From NCBI RefSeq assembly GCF_006345805.1, contig NC_042998.1:80042001-80106000 (forward strand): a DNA stretch of 64,000 nt, in the 5' to 3' direction. The notes under the pieces are model-generated. The model saw only the letters and a program-made list of their open reading frames with translations. It ran no database searches and was not told the origin of the DNA. Each line of letters starts with the position of its first letter. Position 1 is the first letter of the stretch. Made by a program: the position numbers and the translations under genes. Positions 24,301 through 37,507 of the stretch are shown piece after piece. The DNA is from Octopus sinensis (taxonomy: Eukaryota).

Positions 24301-24659
24301 CAACTCTATATTTACAAATACTTTTGTTTATATATTGTCATGCTGATTATTTCAAACAGTTGACGGTGGGAACTGTCAACTGTTTTGAATAATCAGCAAT
24401 TAAAATTCTGAATAATGGTTCAAGAAACTTTTCACACACACACACACACGGTGATCAAGCAAGCTTTATATGTTAAGATGAAGATCACTCAATATAATAG
24501 ATAGTTCATTTATATATTTTATGCAATTATAAAAACTTGTCCATCCATTTCACTAGAATCTTCAAAGATAACTGAAAGTGGTTGACTCACACTGCCTGTG
24601 TGACTCAACAAACTGCTTTGTTGACAGGCTTCTATAATTGCACAATATCTATCTATCTA

Positions 24660-24713
<54 letters not shown>

Positions 24714-25084
24714 TATATATATTGTTCTTTTTCACTAAAAGTTGTACATATATTATGGGTGTGTCTATATTTATTATGTGGGCATACTTTATTTCATTTA
24801 AACTTTTAACATTGAAATAAACAACCATTAAGTTTTCAATTTCCAGCCATATTTATTCACATAGAATTAAGTATCTAAGAACTGAAATCATTCGTGCATG
24901 TCCAGCAATTTAATGTGATTCCACTTTCTCAACAATGGCTCAATATATGACAAAAAAAAAACTGAGAGAGAGAGAGAGAAGCCAGTAAGGATGTTTCTGC
25001 TTGATTGCTTCAAATCCTTGAAAATCTGCCAAATTGCCATCAAATTACACCCTTTCGTCTTAAAAAAAATGTTAGTATACAAGG

Positions 25085-25297
25085 AAAGGCGGTGAGCTGG
25101 CAGAATCATTAACACACTGGGCAAAATGCAGAGTAGTATTTCATCTGTCTTTATGTTCTGAGTTCAAATTCTGCCAAAGTCAACTTTACCTTTTATCCTT
25201 TTGTGGTTGATAAAATAAGTACTAGTTGAACACTGGGGTCGATGCATTTAACTAATGTCCTTACCTGAAATTGCTGGCCTTGTGCCAAAATTTGAAA
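25085..25297 (+). mobile_element. SINE family B
   Basis: ggcggtgagctggcagaatc...gagttcaaattctgcc...ggccttgtgccaaaatttgaaa. Confidence 0.88.
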
Positions 25298-25626
25298 TCA
25301 ATATACATGGAAAAAAAGAATGCCAAGATTTTGTTGGGCTTCTTTTGTTGGGAGGAAAAGTAGTACCCATAGCTTTTTTTTTTTTCAGGTGTTCTAAGAT
25401 AGGTAAGAGAAAGTGGAGAAGGTATCTTCAGACAAGAAACCAGGCCTAAATTTTTGTAACAGTGGCCACCTCTAAAGACATGCAAGATCTTGATGGTGGT
25501 ATTAAATTGGGCATAGAAATTAATCTGTAATCATTAATAAACTATACCTGAATAAATAAAAAAATAACAGTCACATCTGGAACACATTTATTCATAATGT
25601 TTGATCAGAAGCTGCATGAAGGTTAA

Positions 25627-25845
25627 CCCTTTAGCATTCAGATTATTCTGTCAAAGGTAACACTTTTTCATTCAAATTGTTTTTAATTAATACTGCATTA
25701 TTTTGCAGCCTTGAAATTTTGATGATGTGACTGTATATTTTATAATGGCATTGAAGGGTAGGTATGATAGGCTTGATCTGGCCAGTTAGAACAAAAAACA
25801 GGAAGCATATTTGGGCTGGATATGGCCAGTTTAAATGCTAAAAGG
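25627..25845. mobile_element. piggyBac-like MITE, copy 2
   Basis: TTAA-ccctttagcatt...aatgctaaaagg-TTAA, colinear with 599-819. Confidence 0.85.
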
Positions 25846-25862
25846 TTAAACAATAATATATG

Positions 25863-26182
25863 CTTGTGCTGGTGGCACATAAAAAGCACCATCCGAACGT
25901 GGCCGATGCCATCGCCGCCTTGGCTGGCTTCCGTGCTGGTGGCACGTTAAAAGCACCAACCGATCGTGGCTGATGCCATACTCCCCTGGCACCTGTGCCG
26001 GTGGCACGTAAAAAGCACCCACTACACTCGCGGAGTGGTTGGCGTTAGGAAGGGCATCCAGCTGTAGAAACACTGCCAGATCAGACCAGAACCTGGTGCA
26101 GCCCCTGGCTTCCCAAACCCCCGTCCAACCGTCCAACCCATGCTAGTGCGGAAAACGGACGTTAAACGATGATGATGATGAT
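25863..26182 (+). mobile_element. SINE family C, with internal ~55-65-bp modules and a (GAT)n tail
   Basis: Three gtgc(c/t)ggtggcac(g/a)t(a/t)aaaagcacc modules, then ggcgttaggaagggcatccagctgtagaaac...ggacgttaaacgatgatgatg. Confidence 0.85.
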
Positions 26183-26609
26183 AAAAGATTTCATTTGTAA
26201 AATATGCCTTACAAAGAACAAATGTGTTGAGTTTAAATATCTTATGTCTATAATGTTAACAAATATTGGAAAATTCACCTCATACTAATACTACTCATTG
26301 TTGGCAGGTTGGTCATGTTAAAAATGTCATGCTACTTCTTATAGCATTACATTTCTGCCTTACCATTTACTCCTGCTAATCTCATTCAACTACAACTAAT
26401 AATTTACCTCCTCTACCTTTATTCCTGCTATTATGTTTTTATCGCTTCATCCTATTTCTGCTGCAAGGATTTCTGTATCCTATCTGGATGCTGTTTTCAT
26501 TTAGAATACAGAAAATACTATGCTGAGTGGTATGCTTTAGAGATTACAGCATATGTCATGGGACTTAGTCTCTATTTCACTTTATATACATAAGCACATG
26601 AAACTAAGA

Positions 26610-26651
<42 letters not shown>

Positions 26652-26921
26652 ACATATATATTCTAATATGGCCAGAGGTTACATGTACAGTTCAGAAGCA
26701 AACAGGTAGGCTCTGGACATATTGTCCTCACTTACTTAGCTGGAGCACAACTTAGTGAGAAAGAAGTGGATTAGCAGCCTCAGAAATTGACATGAGTTTT
26801 GCCTGGAGATCATAATGGAATGAAAGTGAAACCGTGAGACAAACATTTGGTTTCAGTTACAATAATAAAAAAAAAACATCCTCTGCAACATGTATTGAGC
26901 ACTCTTTTTTCCTTGTAAAGC

Positions 26922-26959
<38 letters not shown>

Positions 26960-26989
26960 GATTAGAGTGTGTATATGTGTGTGTGCCAT

Positions 26990-27185
26990 CATCATAATCC
27001 TTTAGATCTGTTTCCCATGTTGGCATGGGCTGAACAGTTTGACCAGAGCTGGCAAGTTAGAGAGCTGCATGAGGTTTCAGTCTGATTTGGCTTGGTTTCT
27101 ACAGCTGGGTGTCCTTCCTAAGTGTGTGCTGGGTGCTTCTAATGTGACACCAGCATGAGTGCTTCTTACATGGCACTGGCACAAG
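26990..27185 (-). mobile_element. SINE family C, diverged copy
   Basis: (CAT)n, then ccatgttggcatggg...gtttctacagctgggtgtccttccta. Confidence 0.7.
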
Positions 27186-28283
27186 ACTCTTGCAAGTCAA
27201 TCCTCTTCACTTTAACACTTCAAGACAAATATATTTGAATGGATGAAGAGAGAAAGTATATTAAATATCAGTCATCATCAGCATCAATAATATTCTTTCA
27301 TGGTTGGTTGGTTACATTAAAAATGCCATGTCACTTAATTTGGAATTATACAATGTGCTAAATTTGTAATTAACAGTTAAACAGAATTAGTATTATTGCA
27401 ACAAATATACAAATGAGAAATTTGTTTCATTTAATTTTAATTTATTAATTATTTTTATTCTAAAAATCATTATATATTTCATTATTTTGTATAAGCACCA
27501 TGAAACTTGAAAAATAAAATAAAATGAAATAAAATAAAATTATCATTAATGTCTATTAATGTAACATTAACTGACAAATTAATTACATTCAGACAAAAGT
27601 ATGTTCTGAACACTGCCCATCTTATAACGCTTGTTTTCAAATATTTGTTGTTGTTTGGTTCCAGGTCAACCTTGCAGTAGATACACCAATGGCATTCCAA
27701 CTGTGACCATCTGTATTTCTAGGGAAACTGAACTATATGTATTACCTTATTCAAAGATGGAAGGGTTTGGCTGCAATTTCTAGCATACTGAGTGGCCACA
27801 TAGCAACTCCTTTGTTCATTCAATATTATAATACTGCAAAGGTATGTATGGGTGTTCATCAGATCCTACATAATTCTACTTCATTTAAATGCCAACATCT
27901 TTGTATGGTAACCTTCTAACCTATACAAAATGGTTAGATGGTGGTAAGAGCTGTGTATAAGTGATTACAGTCTACAAACTACAATCATTGGTCCAAAGAC
28001 TGGATTAATTAATGGTATTTAAAACAGAATAGACTAGTTGGCAATACAACAGACAACAAACTTTTATTTCATTGTACAAAAATATTTATAGTTGATTAAC
28101 CTATCTATTGTTTTGTATGCACCACTACAATATTTGGTCAAGTCCGCAATCAAAAATCTATTTGGATCAATTATCCTGCATAGAACCAGCCCCAACTTAC
28201 ATAGCAAGCAAGAACTCATAACAAAAACAGTCATATTGGTAACTTCTGCAGTTTCTGCTATCACTATGAAATGGATTCTGATT

Positions 28284-28470
28284 TAGGCACAAGGCCAAAA
28301 GTTTCAAGAGAAGGGAATAAGTTGATAACCATCAACCCCAGTACTTAACTGGTACTTTTATTTTATCAACACCAGAAATATAAAAGACAAAGTTGACCTT
28401 GGAGGAATTTGAACTCAAAATGTGAACAGGTAGAATATACTGCAAAACATGAGTAATATTATTACAGGTG
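28284..28470 (-). mobile_element. SINE family B
   Basis: ggcacaaggcc...ctggtactt...caaagttgaccttggaggaatttgaactc. Confidence 0.75.
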
Positions 28471-29684
28471 ATAGTGACAAACAAATGAGTATGGCCAGGA
28501 GGGGGGGGGGGCTTTGTAGCTAGAATTGGATATGGTACAAAATAGTAGGAAAGGATGAAGTTTTTAACCACAAGCACAATAACTATCATAGAGAAACTTA
28601 ATTTGCTACCAAAAAGAGAAGATCCAAGCTAAAACTGAGTAACTCCAATCTTGATTTTACAAGATTATTCATAACTGAAAAAAGATGGTGCTTGTATATT
28701 AATGTATCAAATAAAGTTGAAGTCATTTGTTCTGATAATTTTTTTTTTTCCTGGGAGAGATAAAACATGTCATAGCTTAAGTTCCCAACTGGCTCCTTTT
28801 GTTGTTTTAATCAGGTTATTAACCATCCATAAAATACCTCAATTGATAGGAAGGGTAAATGATAATTCTATAGCTTCCAACCCATTTTTTGGCTGTGCTA
28901 TTCATGCCAGCAAAGCAACTTAGCAAACTGCTAGTGGTGGTGATGGTGACAATGAGAAATAATGAAGAGGCCAGCTGTTAAGCCTGACTAGCTATACAAA
29001 AGATACTTTTCAACAGCTGCTTATGCTTCTGTTATTAATCATCAGCTACATCATGAAATGATACTGGACTTGATGAAAGATCTGGTCTTGACTCAATTCA
29101 TTAGTGACCTTAGAAACTGATGTTTGGGGAAGATAACTCTCACAGGCAATGACAATGTAACAATGAGCCTCAATGCTGTGAATCAGCTCACATTCAACTG
29201 TGAGCTGATTCACATAAATTTGAAACTATATACTCTCTCTCTCTCTCTCCTTCCCTCCCTCCCTCCCTCTCCCTCTCTCTCCCTATCTCTCTCTCTCTCC
29301 AGGCTATCGTAATGTAACAGCTAGTAATGATATAATTAAGCTCATACACAGAAACTGTTTGTGACTAGCTTTCAAGAATTATTTAGATTCAGTCACAGGA
29401 CAAAATTTGCTTACTTTTTAAATAGGTAATATAGACAAATATAGATTTCTTATTATAGGAAAAAGAAATTGATAAAAGTATTTAATGCACAAATAAGGAG
29501 AGTAAATGGAAGACTAAACCCAACGTAAGCAATCTGCTTAAAAAAAAAAAAAAGAAAATCTAGCATAAAAATCTTTCCACAAAAGTCTACAAAGGCATAT
29601 TTTTTGCACTATGCTTTCTAACACTGAGTATTAAAAAATGTTGCAGAATATAGAAAAAAAGTTATAAAATTTACCTTCTCTAAA

Positions 29685-30108
29685 TAAAGGATTCATTGAG
29701 CAAAAGTCAACACAGCAGTAAGGAGAATTCTTTAAATAAGAACAAAATAAATAGGCCAGTTCTTGGAGATTGAAATTTTCAAGCTGAGGGATCTTTGTAA
29801 TAGGTTGTACATATAGAACTATGATACTGTCAACATACACGGAGATTTCTCTGTGGGGAGTAACATTATTGAAATGGTTTGCTTGTTGTATTCTTGTAAA
29901 CTATTCTGGTTCTCAGAAATTTTAGTTGAAATGGCAAGAAAGAGTGAATATTGCTCCAGTTCTTTATCCAAAAATAGGATTACTGTTATTATCCTCATCA
30001 CATGTGGCAGTGAACACCAGAGTGCAGTGGCAAGATTTCAATGAAGAGAGCCTGCAACAAGGTTTCAATCCCAGTAGGAAGCACATTACTGCAGCTGTAT
30101 CATTAGTG
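29685..30108 (-). other. Candidate 424-nt exon, probably mostly 5' UTR
   Basis: Acceptor ttttttttttctccaaaag| at 30109 and donor AAG|gtaaat at 29684, inside a ~1.7-kb largely repeat-free island. No single frame is open throughout. Confidence 0.3.
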
Positions 30109-30376
30109 CTTTTGGAGAAAAAAAAAATCAAACATTATAATTTCCTGTACAATTGCCATTAAAACTTTATGATTTATGGCATAGGTAATGGCAAGTCCAG
30201 TTTCTTGCTTTTTTATCATGATATAGCAGCTTATTGTTACAGAGAAAATGTATTGCCCCTAAATCAGCTCAAGTTGAGCTAACTTATGTACAAATACATA
30301 TCAACCAACCCATAACTATCTTGTCTATAACTATCTAGTTGATCTTTTGTAACAGTGCATTAATCAAAGGGTTATG

Positions 30377-30419
<43 letters not shown>

Positions 30420-31320
30420 ACCCAGAGACTCTATAAAGCTAAGCACTTTATGGACGTGAAACCCCAGTTAACCCCATAAACTGGTCATATTTAATCTATC
30501 GATCTATCTATCTATATATATAAAAAGATTATAGCATCTAATGTACACTTCTGAAAGAGTATGGTTGCAGAAAAAAGTGGCCAAAATGCATTTCTCTGAA
30601 GGATCTCAGGAGTAATGTCAGATGACAGAAGGGATAGTTTGGAAGTCAGGGATTCTCTCCAGGTTTAGCTGTAACTTTTCTGTATTGAGAGATCACAGCT
30701 CCAGTAATACAGACATGTAGCTAGAATGTCACAGGAGAGGATCACAAGACAAATTCTTTAACCTGAGCTAACTGAGAGTGAGATGATTGGATAATATCCA
30801 TAGTCTCAATTAGTTACATTTGGGAATCCAGCAGAAAAGTGTAATGACAGTTGCTTCTTCTAATAGGACCCTGAGGTATTTCAATGACCTTCTCAGGAAA
30901 AATTGGCAGTGTAGATTGATTGTGTTCTTTCCCATGAGATTAAACTGCTATTTCTGAAAGTTAAACAAGCATGTAGTAGCTCCCTGACCAGCTTACATAA
31001 AGTGTTGTTTAACCTTTAGGAGAGAGTAAGTTGATTCACATATTAATACTTTTTGACAACTATTTTGTTCACACCAAGTACATGACAACTAAAATAAATA
31101 TTCAGAAAAGTATGTTTCTTTTACTGTTACTTATTCATAGATCAGCTTGATAGAGCAGACCTATAATTATAAGTGTTCTAGATATGACTACCTTGTCTTT
31201 TGTTTTTTTTTCTTTTTGGTGCAGTGTTGTAACCAAAACTATATCAAATATGTCCTTCCATATTTTTAAGACATAGGATGTGATTTCAGGAAGCTCTAGT
31301 TGATTTTTCTAGCAGTGCAG

Positions 31321-31354
<34 letters not shown>

Positions 31355-31644
31355 TATATAAAATTAGAAAAAAAAAACACCATTTATCAATTCAAAATGA
31401 ACAATTATATTGTGTAAAATTTGATTTAGTATTTCTAAATTGAATTTTTTCCTTGTAAGTTTTGGATTTTATTCCCTCAAATATTAATGATATATATATA
31501 TATATATAATTAATATATTTATGAATACATAGAAGCCATCACTTAGATACACTTACTATATATAGCTTTTAACTTCTTAAACTCACTAATACTCTATATG
31601 CATCCTTCAAAAGAAAAATAACCTAAGTTCCATAAGCTCATAAT

Positions 31645-31760
31645 TAACCCTGAAGAAGTCCTACCCAATATAGTTAGAATATGATATCTTTCTTAGCATT
31701 TAATCAAATGTTTAGAACTTCTGATCAACTAGATGATAGGACTGAAGCATATTTATGTTA
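31645..31760 (+). ncRNA. Degenerate hammerhead-ribozyme-like motif with long loop II
   Basis: taacc-CTGAAGA-AGTCCTA...TAGGACT-GAAG-c-atat-tta-tgtta. The 7-bp stem II is perfect, stem I is taac/gtta, and the core carries mutations. Confidence 0.45.
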
Positions 31761-32164
31761 CTTTATTTCATTTTTTAAAGTTTTACAACTTGTAATCAAT
31801 TTAGATTTATTGATATGTTTTTAAAAAGGAATTTTCATAATTTTATAACATACAAATAAGTTATTCCTATATCCACTTTTAATCGCTTTTTTCCTTCAAC
31901 ACACACACACATATATATATATCTACATATGTAGAAAATCGGTGTGTGTTTGTTTGTGGCATTGTTAGCCTTTTTTGTGTGTAGGCACTTCTCAAACTTG
32001 TTTGATAAATACAAACTCAAACCCTTGGCCCTTGAGCCACACTGCTGCTTCTGCTAAATATTAATAAAAATATAAATATACTCATATTTGGAGTTCTATT
32101 TTTCCTGTTTGCATCACCATACCTGTATGTATGTATATATATATATATATCATAACTTTTATTT

Positions 32165-32500
32165 TTTACTTGTTTAAGTCATTAGACTGTGGCCATGCTG
32201 GGCACTGCTTCAAAGAGGGTTTAGCTGAACAAACCAACCCCAATACTTATTTTTAAAGTTTGGTGCTTATTCTATAGGTCCCTTTTGCCAATCTGCTAAA
32301 TTTTCGGATCACAAACACAAAGATACCCACACACACGACAAGCTTCCACACAGTTTCCGTCTGCTGTATTCACTTTCAAGTCACTGGTCATCCTGGGGTT
32401 ATAATAGTAGAAGACACTTATCCAAGGTGCTGTGAAGTGGGACTGAACTCGAAACCACATGGCTGCAAAGTGAGCTTCTTAACCACCAAGTCATGCCTAT
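32165..32500 (-). mobile_element. SINE family A
   Basis: Reverse complement of 37093-37507 (gactgtggccatgctggg...tagtagaagacactt...gtgggactgaac). Confidence 0.85.
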
Positions 32501-32929
32501 GTCTGAAGGCTAACAAGGTAGAAACCAGCTCCCCTTTTATCTACATAATTTTGCTGTGAAATTGAGCTTGAAATTAAAAAAAAAAAACATTCCACAGTAA
32601 GACTATATATTTTTTAAATTACTATATATGTTTTAAACATTTAAATATACTTCAGTACACTGATGGCTTTTAGATTAGAATTCTATAAGTTAAGGAGCAA
32701 TAAGGTCAATATGTTGTTAATGAAAAAGAAAAATGAAATTGCTATAGATTTTCATAAGTAAATGAATGCTCTAATTATGTTTGGTAATGTTTTTAAATTA
32801 TAAAATCATGCATGAAACACAGGAAGGAGGCTTTCAATTTTGAGCAAGAAATTTTCTATTCTATGCTGATATGACTAAAATAACTATATTTCACATATGA
32901 AGTGTCTGAGATCACCTTATCCAAATAGG

Positions 32930-33240
32930 TCTCTTTCTTTAAGACAGTACAGCATGATTTGAGAGAGATTTGGCTGCTATTTCTAGCACGTTGAAACTGT
33001 CTTTTGATCATAAGTCTATTTCCTTAGAGCTAAGAAGGTGGCCTCTATATGGTTGCTTGAACTGAGAGAATAGCAGCAGAATCTTCCTCTAATTGTATTG
33101 CCTTACTATTTGGAAAGGAGAAACGTGTATGTAGGAAAATGCAATCTTGAAAACTTTATACCATAAACAAAGATGGGACAGCTATGGTTGAATTTCTTTG
33201 ATCATAAACATGTTCCATCAGGGATGACCTGGGTCCAGAC
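32930..33240. repeat. Old dispersed repeat family (motifs ggctgctatttctagc, tttgatcata(a/g)gtct, gataatgtagtcct)
   Basis: Diverged fragments recur near 2250, 3480, 5230, 6075, 11900, 27650, 31140, 47350 and 50850. Confidence 0.55.
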
Positions 33241-34710
33241 AACGACAATATACAATCTATTTTGACTGGCCATTTCTTAGTTTGCTTATAAATAAATATT
33301 TATTTTTTTATTTTCAAATTGATTACAGACTGCTTCTTTGAGTGTCTTTGGGGGCTACATGTGGTCTGAGGTAGACCACATGTTGGGCAGACCTGTTGTA
33401 GATAGATAGATTCCATATTGAAGAGAGAAAGCTAGAGAAATACTAAACAAGTCATTTGGAAACCAATAGCTGAATGAGAGAGAGAGAGAGAGGACAGAGA
33501 AAGAGAGGAGAGTTTGTTTAAATGTGTATATGTGTATGCTAGTGTGTGTGTGTGTGTGTGTGTGCACGTGCATGTAGCCTGTTTAATCTAACTTGGTTTT
33601 TGAACAAATTTTTGCTGAAATACATAAAACAATTGGTTGCTTAATGCACACATTTTTCCCAACATTCTCTCTTTTATACATACACACAAGCAAACACACA
33701 CACAAGCAAACACACATCTACCCAAACAGACACACATACACACACGTTTGGGAGTGGTGTGTTTACATACAATTATACACTCATGCTTCACATTCTTTAC
33801 ATAAGTCATCCCTCTGTCATCTTCATTGTGTCAGTGGTTAATATTATTAGTATTGCTTTTGTCATTTGTCATTGCTATGGCTGCTGCCACTGCTGCTGCT
33901 GCTGCTGTTGTTGTTGTTGCTGTAAATTCCCCAAAACCAGTTAAACAATGGCCAAAGAATATGAAAAAGATGCCTCTGCAATGAGTAAGACACTTCCCCC
34001 CACTCCCTTGTGGTTATGGCTTTTGGTGAAGGTGGTTGTGGTAGAGGTGATGAAGTCCCACCAACAAATGGCCATTACAATAAATGATCAGCAGACAATG
34101 TAATGGTGATGGTGGTGAAGGATGGAAGATGTGGCAGTGGTAGTGATGGCGGGTGGTGTTGAAGGTGGTGATGAAATTCTGATCAACAAGAAAATCATCA
34201 CAATAAATGGTCAGCAGGTAATAGCGCTGTAGATAAACAAAGACCTGTGGTTAGCAACGAGCAGTGGTCAAACCTCATTATTGGTAAGGTATTGTGCTAG
34301 CACTAGTGTGATGTGTAGTGTATGCATGTAACAGTGGTTGTAGTATTGGTGGTATATAATGGTTGCAGAGTGTGGTGGTATTGGTGCAAGCACAAGTCCA
34401 GTGTTTCTTGGTGGTGGTCATGGTGGGGTATTAGTGACAGAGATAAGGTGTAGAGGTTGTGTATCCTGTGGTTGTAGTTGGTAGTGATAGTATCGATAGC
34501 AAAAAGGTGACAGGAACAACAGGGTGGAAGAAGCAAGTGGGTTATGGTGGTGGTACCAGTGGTAGTGGTGGCAACACTGACCCTGAGAGGATGAAAGGTG
34601 AAGTCAGCTTCAACAGAATTTGAACCCAGAATGTAAAGACCCAGAAGAAATGTCACTAGGCATTTTGTCTGACATACTAATGATTCTGCCAGATCATTGC
34701 CTTAATAATA

Positions 34711-35078
34711 AGAGCTCTCAGTGAGTGCAGACCTCTGCCAAGGCAACACCAACATCTTCTTAACGCTTAGCTGGAGATGATTTTTAAAATGAGAATATCT
34801 GAAATAAACTCGACTGGTCTGACAAACAAGAATACTAAAAATGAATCAGACTGCTCTCAAAAATTAGGTAAAAAAAAATCGGAAAAATAATCCAGAATCC
34901 TTGTCTGGTACCAGGTTGATCCCAAAATCTAATCAGTTCATGCCAGTTACGAGGCCAAATATCCCTGAAAGTTTCATCTGAATCCATCCATTGGTTTTTG
35001 AGATATTTTGTCCATGGACAACGAACAAGCAAGTGCGACTGAAAACAATACCTCCACCTTCGCTAAGGCAGAGGTAAT
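34711..35078 (-). mobile_element. Helentron-associated (HINE/DINE-1-like) element, copy 2, complete
   Basis: One end is the hairpin tacctccacctt-cgct-aaggcagaggta. The other end has the subterminal repeat acctctgcc next to a short stem-loop (gctctcagtgagtgc). No TSD; it sits in a TAA tract between two SINE-B copies (34578-34705, 35097-35300). Confidence 0.75.
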
Positions 35079-35809
35079 AATAATGATGATGATGATTTCA
35101 AATTTTGGTACAAGGCCAGCAGTTTCAATGGAGGGGATACATTGATTCCAGTGTTCAACTGGTACTTATTTTATCAACCCCAAATGGATGAAAGGCAAAG
35201 TCGACTTTGGCAGAATTTGAACTCAGAATGTAAAGATGGACGAAATGGCCATAAGCATTTTGCCTGGTGTGCTAAAAATTCAGCCAGCTCACTGACCTAA
35301 TAATTATATTAATGATGATGTTCATGATTGTGATGGTGATACCTTAGTAATGTTAATGCAAGAGTAGTAGTGATGATGATGATGGTGATATTGGTGGGAT
35401 GGTGGTGTCGATGGTAAAGGCAGTGTTTATTAGTGGTCTAAGACAAAGGTGAACTTCTTTGAATTACAGAACCAGTTTTAAAGGGAGTCAAGTCATTCAT
35501 TGTAACATAGCAACAAGCGTTGGAAAAGCCTGCTCCACCTCTTGATCTCATTGTACACTGAAGAAGGGAAGAAGTGGAGGGTGGTGGTATCGTTGAGTGT
35601 TTTCTCTAAAATGATGAGGAGCTTCCATTAATATATTTGTAATAAAAATAGGTGCCAGTTGACAGTATGACTTCCACATTGCCAAATCCCTGCCAACAGC
35701 AACCCTGTTGTCTGTATACCTTGCACCATGAATCATCTTCCCCTATGCAGTGCATATTATCATACCTTCACATGCAAACCATTGCATACATTCATATGTG
35801 CATGCACTT

Positions 35810-35844
<35 letters not shown>

Positions 35845-36366
35845 GTCACACACATACATTACATATAACACACAGCACATCCGAGCTTCAGCTCTCTCAA
35901 AACACGACGTCAATATTGCTTTGTTATGGAAAAGAGCAAAAGAGAGTGAAAGGATGAGGTAGGGAGAGAAATATATGAGAAAAATAGGGAGGGCCAGCAG
36001 TAAAGAAATCAAAACAACAAAGAAAGTGCATACCCCCCTGCTCTCCATACACATACATAACACACATGCATGCACATAGACAGCCACATTCTAGTCATCT
36101 TTTAGAGAGACACGTCATAATTTGTCAGCGTCAGTTGAAGATCAAAACACAGCTCCTCAACTTAGAACACAACACTTCTTTTTTCCGCACAAGAGTGAAA
36201 TGTATAAAAGGGAAGGTGTTTTCATACCCCTTACACACATACACATGTACACACATTAACACATGCACACACCAGGTACTTTGGGAATAGAAATATCAAT
36301 GTGTTGATTTGGGAGAAATAGAAGAGGTAACATACACACACACACACACACACACACTCTCCTTCC

Positions 36367-36470
<104 letters not shown>

Positions 36471-36907
36471 GTTTTTAAAACCCTTTAATAGGGATTCTCT
36501 TGAAAAGAATTTTCAGTGGTGTGTTGAATGTTCCAGTTAAATGGTGTTCAAGTTATTAAACACTGATTCCCATTTGTGTACTGATGTTAAGACACATGGT
36601 GGATGGTAGAATCAGTAGAGCGTTAGATAAAGTACCTTGTGGCATTTGGTTTTGCTCCTTTACCTTCATCATCATCATAGTTTTAATGTCTATTTCCCTA
36701 ACCTCTCTAACCTCACATTGGTCGGACAGAATTTGATGAGATGGATTGTCACTAACCCTCACCTGTTCCCAAGTAATTTAATATTCCTCCATGATCAGAC
36801 ATGTTTTCATGAAAGATTAGAAGTGAAGGACATTTCTTGTGTGATGGTGGCGCTCATTTACAATTATCATGTGATGTCATGGTAAGAAAACAGTAACACA
36901 CACACAC

Positions 36908-37063
36908 GATAGGCTTCTTTCAGCTTCTGTCTACCAAATCCACTCACAAGGCTTTGGCTGGTCTGGGGCTATAGTTGAAAATACTTGTCCAATGTGTCAT
37001 ACAGTATGACAAAACCCAAAATTATGTAGTTGGGAAGTCAGCTTCTTACCATACAGCCACACC
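36908..37063 (-). mobile_element. SINE family A, 5' half, head-to-head with the next copy
   Basis: ggcttctttcagcttctgtctaccaaatccactcacaaggctttgg...cttaccatacagccac. Confidence 0.8.
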
Positions 37064-37092
37064 TGAGTTCAAATATCAGTCAAAGTTGATAT

Positions 37093-37507
37093 AGGCGCAG
37101 GAGTGGCTGTGTGGTAAGTAGCTTGTTTACCAACCACATGGTTCCGGGTTCAGTCCCACTGCGTGGCACCTTGGGCGAGTGTCTTCTACTATAGCCTCGG
37201 GCTGACCAAAGCCTTGTGAGTAGATTTGGTAGACGGAAACTGAAAGAAGCCAGTCGTATATATGTGTATATATATATATATATATATGCGTGTGTGTCTG
37301 TGTTTGTCCCCCTAGCATTGCTTGACAACCAATGCTGGTGTGTTTATGTCCCCGTTACTTGGCGGTTCGGCAAAAGAGACCGATAGAATAAGTACTGGGC
37401 TTACAAAAAAATAAGTCCCGGGGTCGAGTTGTTCGATTAAAGGTGGTGCTCCAGCATGGCTGCAGTCAAATGACTGAAACAAATAAAAGAGTAAAAGAGT
37501 AAAGAGT
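37093..37507 (+). mobile_element. SINE family A, full-length young copy (tRNA head plus CORE-like segment, similar to the octopus OR-type SINEs)
   Basis: A-box-like tggctgtgtggt, B-box-like gggttcagtccc, CORE-like ggcaccttgggcgagtgtctt, internal (TA)n, and tail (gtaaaaga)n. Confidence 0.92.

Noticed and set aside
37093-37170. Possible tRNA genes
   Set aside because: The A/B boxes belong to SINE heads. No cloverleaf is evident and they continue into the SINE body.
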